Below, piece by piece: positions 49,076-63,172 of a stretch of DNA of 64,000 nt. The position numbers and the translations under genes are program-made. The notes below the pieces were generated by a model that was given only the letters and a program-made list of their open reading frames with translations, had not been told where the DNA came from and searched no databases. Positions within the stretch are counted from its first letter, which is position 1, and each line of letters begins with the position of its first letter. This DNA comes from Hemiscyllium ocellatum (taxonomy: Eukaryota). The stretch spans positions 8,012,004 to 8,076,003 of the forward strand of contig NC_083402.1 in NCBI RefSeq assembly GCF_020745735.1, given 5' to 3'.

Positions 49076-49339
49076 GCTCTAAACCTTTCTGATTCATGTC
49101 CCTATACAAATTTCCTATAAATGTTGTAACTGTACCTGCATCTAACGTTTTATTTCTGGCAGTCCATTTCACATACAAACCCCCCTCTGTGTGAATACTT
49201 GCCCATCATGTCCCTCTTCATTCTTTCTCCACTCACCTTAAAAATATGCCCCTTGCTTTGAACTCCCCCCACCCTGAGACAAAGACCTTTGTTATTCACT
49301 GTCTGTATGCTCCTCACGATGTTATTAACCTCAGGAATG

Positions 49340-50000
49340 ATCACCTTGATGGGATTGCTCTATCTGCCCTCAATAGACAGATGGAAATTGAGGAGCAAAA
49401 ATGTCGAGATCTCAGCTCTATGTAAGAATAATAGGGTTGTAATAAAAGGCAATTTTAACTTTCCAGATAGAGACTGGGACTGCCATAGTTTTCGGTGCTT
49501 GGACAAGTGAGGAAATTGTTAAATGTGTTCAAGAAAATTTTCTGTCTCAATCTGTATCTGTCCCTATCAGACAAGGAGCAAAATGTGACATTCTCTTGGA
49601 AAGTAAGGTGAGCGACTGAAACGTTTGGGAGCAGTGATCATCATTTTGTTAGTTTTAGATTAGTTATGAAAATGTGTAGGCATTGTAAAGTAGTATATAA
49701 TTAGAGTGAAGCAAAGTTTGATGGCATGGGACAGGAACTTTCAAACTTGATTGGAGTAAACTGTTCACAGGTAAAGGGACGACTGGAAATTGGAGTTTGC
49801 AAAACTGAGATAATGACAGTTCAGAGACATGATGTTCCTGTTACATTGAAGAGTAAGGCTGGTCGGAGTCTGGGATAATGGATGAACAAAGATATTGAGG
49901 CTATGCTCAAGAATAATAAGGAATCTTTTGTGAGTTATAAACAACTGGGATCAAGCAAATCTCTTGAAAACTATCAGGAGTGTATAGAGATTATAACAAG
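49340..50000 (+). mobile_element. Decayed CR1 endonuclease region
   Basis: NNRVVIKGNFNFPDRDWD, similar to 10550-10620. Confidence 0.7.
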
Positions 50001-52129
50001 GTCAGTCAGGTGGGCCTCACAGAATTTGAGTTCCCTAATTGGTGCAGGTAATCTGGTCCAATCAGGGAGTCCTGGCTGGAAGAGAAGAACAGGAGTGTGA
50101 GATATCCTGTTCACTCTGAGGGGGCTGGATCAATGCCAAGGACTCTCCACATGTAAATAAGGGTTGACCTGGTGATTAAATACCAGCTTTTGTGGAATTA
50201 TTTCAGTGACAACAGGGGTGAGATTAATAATGTAACCATGCAAAAGTGCCAACTAGCTTCAAACAAGCAGTACAACTGGCTTTACCAATGGAAAATGCAG
50301 CAAGTGGAGCCGATGAGTAGTAGGATATTCCCCTGGAAGTGGGCTCCCGCACTAGACTGACTGAGCTTAGGGAACCACCACCTGAGTGAAGGCAATTGAA
50401 CAGCCTCACTCAGGACATATCCTGAACAGAGGGACTCCAGGTCAGCCCAGAGCAAAACCCCAAAACAAAACCAAGCTTCAACCAAACAGTGAAAACTTTC
50501 TTCAGGATCCAGGCCGGCACAGCATTGTCATTGCTGCAGGAATCAGGACTCGAGATAGTAAAAGAGTCTCACTTGACCTAAACTGAGTAAGAGAACTCAT
50601 CAGTCAGTGTCCAGGAAAGTCCATCTACATCTAGTGTAGAATAATTAAATTGCTTAGTGACACCAAAATCAGAACCAATCAAAAATGGAGTCCGGTTAAA
50701 TGACGATCTATTCTAGTTGAGGTCAATACCAGAATGGCCGTTGCAGTGATCATACAACCAGTCTTTAACAAAATTTGCCCTGGACTCCAACTCTTAGGTT
50801 TACACAAGACCTCAGCGAGATTGAGAACCTCATACCGGGAAACCTTTCCAAATTAAGGATACAACTTCGGTTCCAGTCTCTTATGAGAAGCAGCTGGTTC
50901 AGTTATCACTGATTGTAGTAAAGGGTTTGGACCCGAGCTTGATCAGGTGAGGTTGGTTGAGAAAGATTCACCTTGCTTCATCAATGTTTTTGAATAGAAA
51001 ATGGCTGCCTGAATGAATATTCAATAAGTATTTATATGGTTAACCATTTGCTTAAAATCTCCACAAAGATGAACCAACTCATTGGATTTCATAACTGGTA
51101 CGATAGGATCAAAAAACAGGAAATGTGGAGGACCCTGAAACTATGAACCATAAATACAATAGTCAGCACCAAATCACCAAGGGATTCAGAAAAAGCTTCT
51201 CTGCAGGGAGTGGTTAGATTGTGGAACCTGCTCATACACCAAGTGGTTGACACAGTGACCATTGTTGTACTGAAGGGGAAGCTTGATTGACACTTGAGGG
51301 AGGAAGCAACAGAGGGAAGTGCTGTCAAAGTGAGAGAAAGAAGGGTGGGGGAGGTGAACTTGTGCAGAACACGATCACCGGCAAAAACCAACTGCACAGA
51401 TAGCTTGATTCTGTAAGTCCCAAAAGCCTGGGCCTCCATTTGCTGTTCAGACGACTTCACAGGCACTGCTGATTTTTTTAGTCATTCATGGGATGAGGGT
51501 GTCACAAGTGAGGCCAGCATTTCTTGTCTGTTCCTAACTGCCCTTGAGAAAGTACTGGTGAGCTGTCTCCTTGAAATATTGTAGCCAATGATGTTAGAAT
51601 CCTTGGTGACTTTTAATGATTTTTATTTTATTTTATCAATCTTTGCTTAGAGTTGTAAACTGAGGACTGTTACCTGAGGAAGACAAACAAACCTGGCTTC
51701 ATTTATGAGGCCAGACGTGGAAGTTATTTGCATGTTGATTCTGATCAAAACAATTCCATAGATTCTTCAACACTGGGGAAGAGCAGTGCATGTAAACAGA
51801 CAGACGTTGGTCATTAATAAGGACAGTCCCTGGGAACTGGTTCCACCAAGTCTGGGAGAGACCGAATGCTCAGGGAGGTGGCAGATGTTCACTAGGAACT
51901 GGGACATTGCAGTGAGATGGCCAGTCTGTCAGGGAGAGGCCACAGTTTTGAACTGGGTTTTGGGGAGGAGTCTGGCTGTTGAAGTAACAACATGAAGATC
52001 TGAAAGCCCCTTTCCTAACCGTCCATTGACAGCCAGCGAAATGAGAGAGATAATGAGGTCCTTTGGCATTTGGATCTAATATTATGAAAGCAGCCACATC
52101 CTTAACTAACTTGGTCCAACAATAAATGA

Positions 52130-52440
52130 AAATGGAATGGCAGCCATTGCAAAACTGAAAGTAATTTTAACAAATAAATGTGTATTAACTGCACCGAACT
52201 TTAATAAACCATTTCAATTAGCAGGAGATGTTTGCGATTTGGGGATTGGAGCAGTTCTCCTACAGGACAACGAGGCTGGGATGGAGAAACTTGTGGCTTA
52301 TTTTTCAAAAAAGGTCGAACCAACATCAGAAAACCGACTTGCCGATAGAAAAGGAAGTTAGCAGCTTTTCAACACTTTGGATTATACACTCAACATGGAG
52401 ACAATGAGACTGTCTCTTTTACTGATCGTAATCCACTGAC
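52130..52440 (+). mobile_element. Ty3/Gypsy RT-RNase H connection fragment
   Basis: LTAPNFNKPFQLAGDVCDLGIGAVLLQD...VAYFSKK. Confidence 0.7.
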
Positions 52441-52479
52441 GTTTGGAGATGGAGTTTAGATCTACAGCTGGAGAAGTGT

Positions 52480-53600
52480 GAGTGGACTGGAGGAAAGCTC
52501 ATGTGGCACCTTGATTTAAAAATTGAGCAAGGGATAAACCAGGTAGCTCCAGGTCAGTGAGTCTGAGCTCAGTGGTGGGGAATCCATTGGAAGCAATTTA
52601 AAGGGACAGAATTAATTTACACTTGAGGAGGCAGGGATTAATCAGAAACAGACAGCATGACTCTGTTAAGGAGAGGGAGGCAGAAGATGGGAAATTATCT
52701 GCTGTTAGTCTGGCCTCGGTTGTTTGTAAGATTTTAGTGAACATTACTAAGAATGAGATTGCAGAGAACTTGGAAGTGCAGGATAAAATACAGCTGAGTC
52801 AGTATGGCTTCATCAAAGGCAGGTCATGCCTGAAATAAATCTGTTAGAAATCTTTGAGGAGGAAACAGGCAAAAGAGATAAAAAAGAACAAAGTTGGTCA
52901 TTAATGAGGACATGACCTATTTGGATTTCCAGATGGTTTTTGACAAGGTGCTCCAGTGGAAGCTGCTAAATAAGATAAAAGCCCATGGTGTTAGGGATTG
53001 GCGTGGTGTGACAATACTCAGTCTTTCAGAGGTATATTTTGTCCTGGTATTTATTTTTTCATGAAAAGAGGTTGAGATAGAGGTGAAAAAAAGTCTGTTT
53101 CAAAACATTAAAGTAAACAGCTCGTGAACAGTTGAAACAATAGAAGCACTCTGAACGAGTGGGGTTATACTCCTACATAACCAGGTTTTCAGTTTAACTT
53201 TGAGAAGCTTCTGGGGTTTGGAAGCTGCTATACATTGTTTCCTGAAAGGAAATGGAATATTATCCTTCATTGTAAGAGGGATGGAGTTTAAAAAGATGGA
53301 GGTTATGCTGCAGCTGTATAGGGGGCTGGTGAGACCACACCTGCAGTATTGTCTCCTTAATTCCGAAAGGATGCACTGGGACTGGAGATAGTGCAGGGGA
53401 GGTTCACTTGGTTAATTCCAGAATTGAGGGGCTTGGCTTATGAGGGAAGATTGAGTCGGCTGAGACTACATTCATTGGGATTTAGAAGAATGATGGGAGA
53501 ATATTACAAAAATATGTAAAATTATGAAGGAAATGGATAAGGGAGAAGCAGGGAGGTTGTTTCCACTGGTGGGTGAAACTAGAACTAGGGGGCATCAGCC
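52480..53600 (+). mobile_element. Decayed CR1 fragments
   Basis: QYGFIKGRSCL, ttggatttccag..tttgacaagg, LVRPHLQYC. Confidence 0.7.
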
Positions 53601-53790
53601 TTTTGTTATAAAGCCTCAAATTATCTTGAGAATGTGACTTAAATAAAGTTCTGGGTAATACACATTAACGAATCAAAACCAGCAAATCCATTCTAAAAGA
53701 TGAAAGACTGAATAATCAAGGTTTGTTCAATGTATCATTGCATCACTGTAATCTCTTGACAGAAATTCTGTGTCTTATGGTCCTATTTCA

Positions 53791-53910
53791 CACCATCTGA
53801 TGAAGGAGCAGCGCTCAGAAAGCTAGTGCTTTCAAATAAACCTGTTGGACTATAACCTGGTGTTGTGTGATTTTTAACTTTGTCCACCCCAGTCCAACAC
53901 CGACTCCTCC
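53791..53910 (+). mobile_element. Short Penelope-type terminal element with hammerhead-like motif
   Basis: cac..CTGATGA-A-GGAGC-AGC-GCTC(A)-GAAA-GC-TA-gtg, then aaataaacctgttggactataacctggtg; related pieces at ~37120-37215 and ~47195-47245. Confidence 0.6.
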
Positions 53911-56305
53911 AAATCTTGTAAATGAACTCTGTTTTGTTTAAAACTAAGTGGTTTGACCAGCCAATTCTCTCCTGCAATATCCACTTTACACCTGTTTAAG
54001 ACAACGAGCAAAGTTAAGGTCTGGACTCCCTTCTTAAAGGTTTTGAGGGATCTGGCCTGGTCCATAACAGAATGGGGACTCTTTACAGGATTTGTTGTTT
54101 AGTTGCAAACTGGGATTCGAGTTGTTGGACTTGAAGGCAGTGAATGGTAAGTGTTAGTGTCTGTTGTTGTGGATGTTGGTTTTGGTTGGTGTTGCTTGGT
54201 GAAGTCAGGGCTCTTTCAGTCAGCAAAAGTTTTCTGGGGCTGGAGGAAGTGACCTTGGGAGTTTTACAAAAAGGTGGTTAAAGCCAAGCTGTGGGAATGA
54301 GCAAACAAGCTGGAGTTGGAGCTGCCTCCTTCCGTGAGGAAAGGACAGATACTTACAGCAGGAGCTCAACATTTACATTTGTTGGAAACTCCATCAGAAT
54401 CTATAGAGAGGCTAAAGTTCAGGTGAAAATGAAGCAGCTTGGGTTAGAGGCAAAAGAAAAAAAACCAAGGACAACCGAACCTTGTTAAAGGAGCAGCTTC
54501 TTCACAAAAGGAATTTCAGGTTATGGTCAGCAAGTGGGTAAGGACAGCGGAGTCCATGGAAAGGTCACCCATGGTCTTATTGGATGGTGGGGCAGGCTCA
54601 ATGGGAAAACAGGCTCAAGGTAAGAAATAAAGGGTGAGAGGAGAGTTGAGGAGAGATACGTTTTCATACAGAGGGATTTAAGAGTTTGGCACTCACTGTC
54701 TGAAAGAGTGTTAGAGTTAGAAACGCGAGTAACATTTAAGCAGTATTTTGGGATTTTGTAGACTTCCCATTTGCCTCTTCAGTAGCCTGCATCTCTGCTG
54801 TCTTACTTCTTTTTGACATTTTAAACTTCTGTCCAATTGGCTTCCACCTCCCACCTCTACCTATCGCCCATTATTTAGTTTAAAACCCTCAAAACAGTTG
54901 TTTAAAAAGGCACAAAGATCAAGAGCTGTATTCTGGGGGAAGTATAGTCAGATTTTTGTTAACTCACACACAAACGATGGTCCAAATGACCTCTTTCTAT
55001 GCAGTAAATGTGGTGGGGGCATGGAATGCGCTGCCTGTGGGAGTGGCAGAGTCAGAATCATTGGTGACCTTTAAGCTGCAATTGGATAGGTACATGGAAA
55101 GGTGCTTCAGCTCGGAGAAATGTTTGGCACAATATCATGGGCCAAAGGGCCTGTTCTGTGCTGTATTGTTCTATGTTCTATGTTCTATGTTCTATGTTCA
55201 AGCCCTCCAGCCCTGGTATCATTCTCCTCAATCTTTTCTGAACCCTTTTGAGTTTCACAGCATCTTTCCTACAGCAGGGAGGCCAGAAATAAATGCAATA
55301 TTCCAAAAGTGGTCCAACCAGCATCCTGTACAGCCATGATAAGACCTCCTAATTCCTGTACTCAATGCATTGAACAATAAAGGCGAGCATACCAAATGCC
55401 TTCTTCATTAACCAGTCTATACTTTGATTCCACTTTCAAAGAACAATGAACCTGCACTCCAAGTTCTCTTTGTTTGGCAACACTCCCCAGTACCTTACCA
55501 GGAAGTGTATAAGTCCTGCCCTGATTTGCCTTAACAAAATGCAACACCTCAAATTTATCTAAGTTAAACTCCATCTGCCACTCCTCAGCCCATTGGCCCA
55601 TCTAATCAAAGTCCCGTTGTCCTTTGTGATAACCTTCTTTGATGTCAATGACACCTCCAATTTTGGTGTCATCTGGAAACTTACTGACCATTTCTCTGAT
55701 ATTCACATCCGAGCCATTTATATAAATGACAATAAGCAGTGGATCCAGCACCGATCCTTGCAGCACACCGCTGGGTACAGGCCTCCAGTCTAAAAAGCAA
55801 TCCTGCACCACCACACTCTGTGTCCTATCTACAAGCCAGTTATGTATCTAAATGGCTAGTTGCCCCTGTATTCCATGTGATCTAACCTTGTTAACCAGTT
55901 TATCATGCAGAACCTTGTCAAATACCTTGCTGAAGTCCATTTAGGCCATGTCCACCACTCATTCATCAATCATCTTCATCACTCCTTCATAAACTCAATG
56001 AGTCATGTTATGTCTGAACATGCCCTACTGATCCACACATTGTCAGCAGCTACACAAATGTGCAAGAATCCCAATAGGATGACCCCAACATCCAAAGTGC
56101 CTGACAGACTGTTACTCGGGACAGAAGTGAGCCACACCAGGATTCTTCAGTAACAGTTAAATAATTCCATTAATGAATAATTCCAGTAATAAGAGCAGTG
56201 AAAGAAATGGATACCTAATTAATGCTCCTAAACAGCATCCCTTCAAAGCCACACACACACACATAAAATAAAGACAGAGAAAAGATAGATGATTTATATT
56301 TCTAC

Positions 56306-56396
56306 CATGAGTGACAAAAGAATGTAGACAGGGTAACAGGGTAAACAAAACTCTGAAAATAAAAGTCCTGACCACAAGATTTTTTGTGGGCAGCAT
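56306..56396 (-). CDS. Candidate leader exon, copy upstream of VA2
   Basis: MLPTKNLVVRTFIFRVLFTLLPCLHSFVTH G|gtagaa; core identical to the 28727-28817 copy. Confidence 0.35.
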
Positions 56397-56678
56397 GGTG
56401 GCACAGTGGTTAGCACTGCTGCCTCACAGCGCCAGAAAGCCAGGTTCAATTCCCACCTCAGGCGACTGACTGTGTGGAGTTTGCACATTCTCCCCGAGTC
56501 TGTGTGGGTTTGCTCCGGTTTCCTCCCACAGTCCAAAGATGTGCAGGTCAGGTGAATTGGCCATGCTAAATTGTCCGTAGTGTTCGGTAAGTTTTAAATG
56601 TGGTGGTTGGCGGGTTGGTGTGGACTTGTTGGGCCAAAGGGCCTGTTTCCACACTGTAAGTAATCTAATCTAATCTAA
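56388..56678 (+). mobile_element. HE1-like V-SINE
   Basis: Counterpart of 28809-29076 with intact (TAATC)n tail. Confidence 0.88.
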
Positions 56679-59600
56679 AAAAAATGGAAGGATCATTCTC
56701 TCTCACAGTCCTTGTGTTTTTTAGCAGGAATGAAATGCTGTGTTCTGGACAGCGATGGTTATGCTTCAAATTCAACGGCCATTCAGGTGAACTTAGAACT
56801 TTTCACATGTGACTTCTTTCTTTCCAGATTACTTGTGTTTTTTTCTGCTTTTCTCGACAGTGATGGGGGAGAGGCAGAGCTGGCTGCTTTCTCTTTGCAG
56901 GCTCCAGATACTTTCCACTTTCAGACACTCCAGGAACATATAGCTTTGTAACAGCACATCTCAACCAATCAGACAGCAGTTGCTCAGCAGAATTTTCTGA
57001 ACTCGAAACATTATCATGAAGTCCGATGGCATCAGGTCAAGCATGAGCAAGGGAATCTCCGGATGACTACCCACTGCCACAATCCCCCCACTCCCAGGCT
57101 TCTGATCATGTTTATCACCACTTGGAGGAAGCACTGAGGTCAACACTGGCACAGAATGTACTCTGGGTGGGAGACGTCACTGTCCAACACCAAGACAGAC
57201 TCAGCAGCTTTACTACTGCCTGAGCTGGTGGAATCTGAAATGACATAGCTCTTGGACTGGGTCTGTGGCGGGTGGTGAGGGAACCAACAAGAGAGAAAAG
57301 CTTGACCTTGTCCTCAGCCGTCTATCTGCCTATTATAGGATTGGGAGGAGTAACTACCTCACAGTCCCGTGGAGACCTCATCACATTGAGGTACATCCCC
57401 ATCATGTATGGCACTAGGCCTGTGTTAAATAGGACAGTCTTTGAACAGATCGAGCAAGTCAAGACTGGGATCCCTGAGACACTGTGGACCATCCGTACAG
57501 CAGAATTGAGCTGGAATACAATCTGTAAGCTCATGGCATGTAATTCTCCCCCACTCAGCCATTAACATCAAGTCAGGACATCAATTCTCGTTCAATGAAC
57601 AATGCAGGAGGTGATGCCAGGAACATCACCAGCAAACCTGAAAATGAGATGTCAGCTATAAAACTACTTCTGTGTCAAACATCATAAACCACAATTGATG
57701 CTCTGGGGGAAGTGATTCCACTGTCAGTGCATCAGATATAAGCTCAGCAGACCTGTCACATGCAGATATGAATGGGTGAGGACAATTAAGCAACTAACAG
57801 GAATATGAGTCTCCACAAATATCCCCATCCTCAATGAGGGAGGGCCCTGCTCATCAGTGCAACTAATAGGGCTGTGGCATTCACACTTAACTTGACCCAG
57901 AAGATGTCCCCAGCATCATAGAAGATTCCTTACCCAGCAGGCAAATATAATTCAGTGGGTCAGCATTCACGTGTAGATGGGGCTAGGGACAGAAATCATG
58001 GGACCTAGTGCTGTTCCTCACACAGCCCCTGGCCCAACCTCCAGGACCCACACTCACTTCCACTGACCTGACACAGTGAACACCCTTCTTCAATCCTGAT
58101 GTACTGTCCACCTCTGTCCTGGAGACCTGACCAAGTAAGGATGGCAGAGACAAAAACAGAAATTGTGGGAAAAACTCAGCAGGTATGGTGACATCTGTGG
58201 AGAGAAAGTAGAGTTAATGTTTTGGGTCCAGTGACATTTCTTCAGAAATAAAATGATCAAAAACAGTGGGCTGGGAGGAGTGTGGGTCTTGCAGCTACTC
58301 CTGAGATTCAGATTTATTTCCCAATTTACTTCCAGCTTTCTTACATTTATTACATTTCAGTCAGAAAAGCTTTTTGTTTGATTCACTTTTCGTCATTTTA
58401 TATTCAAAACACAAAAAAATTCCCAAAATGGACAGACACAATTTTTTTAATCAAACAGAATCCTATCAATGGACTTTTTGGATAGGCCCACATGTGGGCT
58501 GTGGGAAGTTTTGTTGACGGAAAATAATTGCTGAGGGAAGTTTTGTTTCAAACCAAGTTGTGTTCACAGAGCTCTTGGACAGGTTAACACGTGGTTGGCT
58601 CTGGAGTGGGATTTTATTTTTAATCAGAACATTGAAAGCTGTCTGCTGACCACTTGTGCTTATTATTAGCTCTTTGGATAAAGAAATGTAGTTTATTTTA
58701 CAGTTAAAATGTCAGTGTAAGTTGCTTCTTTTTTGACTTAATGACATTGAGGACATACAAGAGACACAGCGTTAGATGGCCAGTAGATTTCGAGAGGTGA
58801 TAACACAGCAGGATCAGTCAGATAGATGGATGACTGTCAGGAAAGTTAAGAAGGTAGTTCAGAAATCTCTCATACTGTTGAAAGGATAATCTCTCAGAGG
58901 AAATTAGAAGGGACAGTCAGATCTTGGGCGCTAAAAATGAACCTTATGTTCAAAGGGGTTTGACAAAATTTAAAAGAATAATTGTTGTAGGTGATTCTCC
59001 TGTCAAGGGCACAGACAGGTGGTTCTGCAGCAGTGAGCATGGATCTAGGATATTATACTGTTTCTTGGTGCTAGGATTAAGGACATTGCAAAATGTTTGA
59101 AGCATACTGTTAAAGGGAATAATGAGAAACTGGAAGTTTTTGTACACATTGATGGGAATGACATTGTTAGGGAAAGGATTAAGGCTTTACAAAGTAATAT
59201 CAAAGGTTAGGTTGAAGATTAAAAAAGTAATAATCTCTATTTTACTCCCAAAGCCAAGCTCAGATGTGGGAACAAAAGGATAAAGGAGATAAATCAATGG
59301 CTGAAGAGGTGGTGTCATGTTCAGGGATTCAGATTCTTGGATCACTGCGACCTCTTCTGAGACAGAAAAGACCGTTCACAAAGGACGGTTTCAACTGTAC
59401 TGCTTTAAGGAACAATGTGTGAATAAAGAGATGGAGGTTCCAGTCAGGGATCGGAGAGAATCATACACTAAATATAAACAACAGGATCCAAATGGATCTC
59501 TTGCACCATATAATGAATGTCGGGGCATTCATACGAGGGCGATCAGGATGTCAAAGAAAGGACATGAGATAGCCTCAACAAATAAGGTTAAGGATAATCC

Positions 59601-62600
59601 AAAGGGATTTTATCAATACATTAAGACCAAGACAGCAACAAGAGACAGAGTATAGGGCAAAGAGATTTCCTTTGTCTTCGACCTCAGGAGATAGGAGAGA
59701 TCTTAAGTGTATATTTTGTGTTGGTTTTTACTGTGGAGATAGAAGTGGAGGCGAGAGAACGCTGAGAAATAAATATTGATGTTTTGAAAACAGTTTGCAT
59801 TACAGAAGAGGAAGGGCTAGAGGTCTTTGAAAATATAAATCTCTGAGCCCTGATCTCATGAATCCCAGGACTTTGTCAGATGTTAAGAGGAAATCGCTGG
59901 GCACCTTGCAGAAACATTTGTATCATCTATAAATACGAGTGAGACGCTGAGTGAGTGGAGAGTGACTAATGTTCATGAAGGGATGTCAGGAGAAGCCTGG
60001 GAACTTCAGACCTGTGAGTCTGACTTCAGTGGTGGATAAGTTGTTGAAAATAATTCTGAAATTTGGGATTTATATGCATTTGGAGAGGCAAGGAATGATT
60101 AGGGATGGTCATCATGGGAGACTGATCAACAAGATTAGATCTCATGGAATATAGGGAAAACTGGCTATTTGGATACTGAAACGGCTCAAAAGTAGAAGAC
60201 AGTGGATGGTGATGGAGGGTTATTTTTCAGACTGGAGGCCTGTGACCAGTGGAGTGCCACAAGGATCGGTGCTGGGTTCTCTACTTTTTGTCATATACAT
60301 AAATGATTTGGATGCAAGCATAAGAGGTACAGTTAATAAGCTTCAGATGACACCAAAATCGAAGGTGTAGTGGACAGCGAAGAGGGTTACCTCAGATTAC
60401 AACAGGATCTTGATCAGATGGGGCAATGGGCTGAGAAGTGGCAGATGGAACTTAATTCAGATAAATGCGAGGTGCTGCATTTTGGGAAAGCAAATCTTAA
60501 CAGGACTTATACACTTAATGGTAAGGTCCTCGGGAGTGTTGCTGAACAAACAGACCTTGGAGTGCAGGTTCTTAGCTCCTTGAAAGTGGAGTCGCAGTAA
60601 GATAGGATAGTGAAGTAGGCATTTGGTTTGCTTTCCTTTATTGGTCAGAGTATTGAGTACAGGAGCCGGGGCTCATGTTACAGCTGTACAGGACATTGGT
60701 TAGGCCACTGTTGGAAAAGTGTGTGCAATTCTGGTCTCCTTCCTATCGGAAAGATGTTGGGAAACTTGAAAGGGTTCAGAAAAGATTTACAAGGATGTTG
60801 CCAGCATTGGAGGATTTGAGCTATGGGGAGAGGCTGAACAGGCTGGGCCTGTTTTTCCTGGAGCATCAGAGGCTGAGCGGTGACCTTATAGAGGTTTACA
60901 AAACTATGAGGGGTATGGATAGGGTAAATAAGCAAAGTTTTTTCCCTGGGGCTGGGGAGTCCAGAACTAGAGGGCATAGGTTCAGGGTGAGGGCGAAAGA
61001 TATAAAACAGATCTAAGGAGCAAATTTTTCACGCAGAGGGTGGTACATGTATGGAATGAGCTGCTGGAGGTAGTGGTGGAGGCTGGTACAATTTCAACAT
61101 TTAAGAGGCATTTGGATGGGTATATGAATAGGAAGGGTTTGGAGGGAAATGGGCCGGGTGCTGGCAGGTGGGACTCGAGTGGGTTGGGATATCTGGTCGG
61201 CATGGACAGGTTGGACTGAAGGGTCTGTTTCCATGCTGTACATCTCTATGGCTCTATGACTCTAGTGATAGTCAGCATGGTTTTGTGCAAGGGATATTGT
61301 GTCTCACAAACTTGATTGTGTCTTTTGAAGAGGTAAACAAGAAAATTGATGAGGGCAGAGGGGTTAACATTGTTCACTTAGACTTTGGTAAATCCTTTGA
61401 CAAGGTTCCCCATAGTAGACTAATTAGTGAAGTTAGATCCCATGGGATTCCGGGTGAGCTTGGCAAGTGGATGCACAATTGGCTGAAAGGCAGAAGACAG
61501 AGAGTGACAGTGGAGGGAGGGCTTTGTTCTGGAGGCCTGTGACCAGCAGGGTTCCACGGGGATCAGGGCTGGGCTCACTTTTGTCACTCATTTATTTTAA
61601 AAATTGAGGTAAGAACACAGAAAGAATGTTTTGCAAGTTTGCGGTTGATACCAACATTGATGGTCCATTAAACAATGAAAGAAGGTTATCTTAGAATACA
61701 AAGAGATCATAATCAAATGGGTTAATGGGCTGAAGAGTGACAGATGGAGTTTAAGATAAGTGTGTGGTATTGCACTTTGGGAAAACTAACAAAGGGAAGA
61801 CTTACACAATTAAAAGCAGGGCCTTGGGTAGTGCTGTAGAACAGAGACCTAGGTATTCAGGTACAGAATTCTTCCGAGTTTGCATCATCTATATATACGG
61901 TGGTTCAGCACACTTGCCTTCATTGCTCAGACCTTTGATAATCGGAGTTGGGATATTATGTTCAGGGTGGACAGGATGCTGGTGAGGCCTCTATTATGTC
62001 CAGTTCTGGTCACCCTGTTATTGCAAGGATATCATTTAACTGGAGAGGGTTCAGAAGAGATTTACCAGGAAGTTGCCGAGAAAGTAGGCCTTGAGTTACC
62101 GAAAGAGGCTGGAGCGACTGGGACCTTTCTCACTGGAGTGTACAAGATTGAGAGGTGACCTTATCAAGATCGACAAAAGCCTGAGGAATTTAGATCCAGT
62201 GAATGGCAGGTGTCTTTTTGCTCTTGTGGGAGATTTCAAGACTGGGGCATATCTTTAAGGTGAGAGGAGAAAGATTTTAAAAAGACATAAGGGGCAGTTT
62301 TTATTTTACACAGAGAGTGGTTCATGTGGAATGAGCTTCCAGAGGAAATGGTGGATGTGGGTACAGTTACAATGCTTAAAAGACATTTTGATAATTTCAT
62401 GAATAAGAAATGTTTTGAGGGATATGGGCCAAGCGCAGGCAAGTGGGATTGTGTTCAGTGTGGACTAGTTGAACTGAAGGGTCTGCTCCTGTGCTGTATG
62501 ACTCTATAACTGATTATAGCTGGGGAAAGGTTGGTATAGATGCTGAAGATGGGGAGGGGGGAGGGGGCAGGAGTAAACACTCAGTGGGAAGGGACCCCAG

Positions 62601-63130
62601 ACAGAGAGAAAAACAATTGGACAGACAAACGAAAGGGGAAAGGTCGGCCTGGGAGAATGAACAGCTGTTGATGGGGACCATTCGTCACTGACAATGGATT
62701 GTTTTGGTAGTAGCCCATGTGATGACAAGGTCTGGTGTGTGGGGGTTGGGGGAAGGAGATAGGAGAAGGTGCTGAGGCTCTAAAATTATCGACCCCAATA
62801 TTGAGTACAGAAGGTCACTGGGTCCCCAAAAGCTGGTGTGTCGATCTGGCAGGCAACTGATGCTCAGCATCATTTTTGTGTACGAACATTTCTGTTCTGC
62901 AAAGTGGTCACCCAGTCTGTGTTTTGTTTACCCAATGCAGAATTAGAAGTGGACTGTGCAGAGTTAGTGAATTATGAACAGCCCTGAGCCTGTGTGAGGT
63001 GGTGCTGATGGAGAGAGAGGGCTCAAGATTGTCATGTGTTGCCATATGCACACTGAGTGTGAATGTAGTTTTCATTCTCTAAATCAAGTCACCATATTCC
63101 TATCAGACCATGCACTGCTTTTCTTGAGAG

Positions 63131-63172
63131 ATAGAGAGAGAGAGAGAGAGAGAACGAGAGAGAGAGAGAGAG
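63131..63172. repeat. (GA)n microsatellite, expanded relative to copy A (~35585-35606)
   Basis: Direct reading. Confidence 0.85.

Noticed and set aside
1725-53910. Recurring gatgctgcctgacctgctg...ttttccagc palindromic repeats as a CRISPR-like array
   Set aside because: Dispersed, irregularly spaced, no spacer periodicity, eukaryotic context; explained by Penelope terminal repeats.
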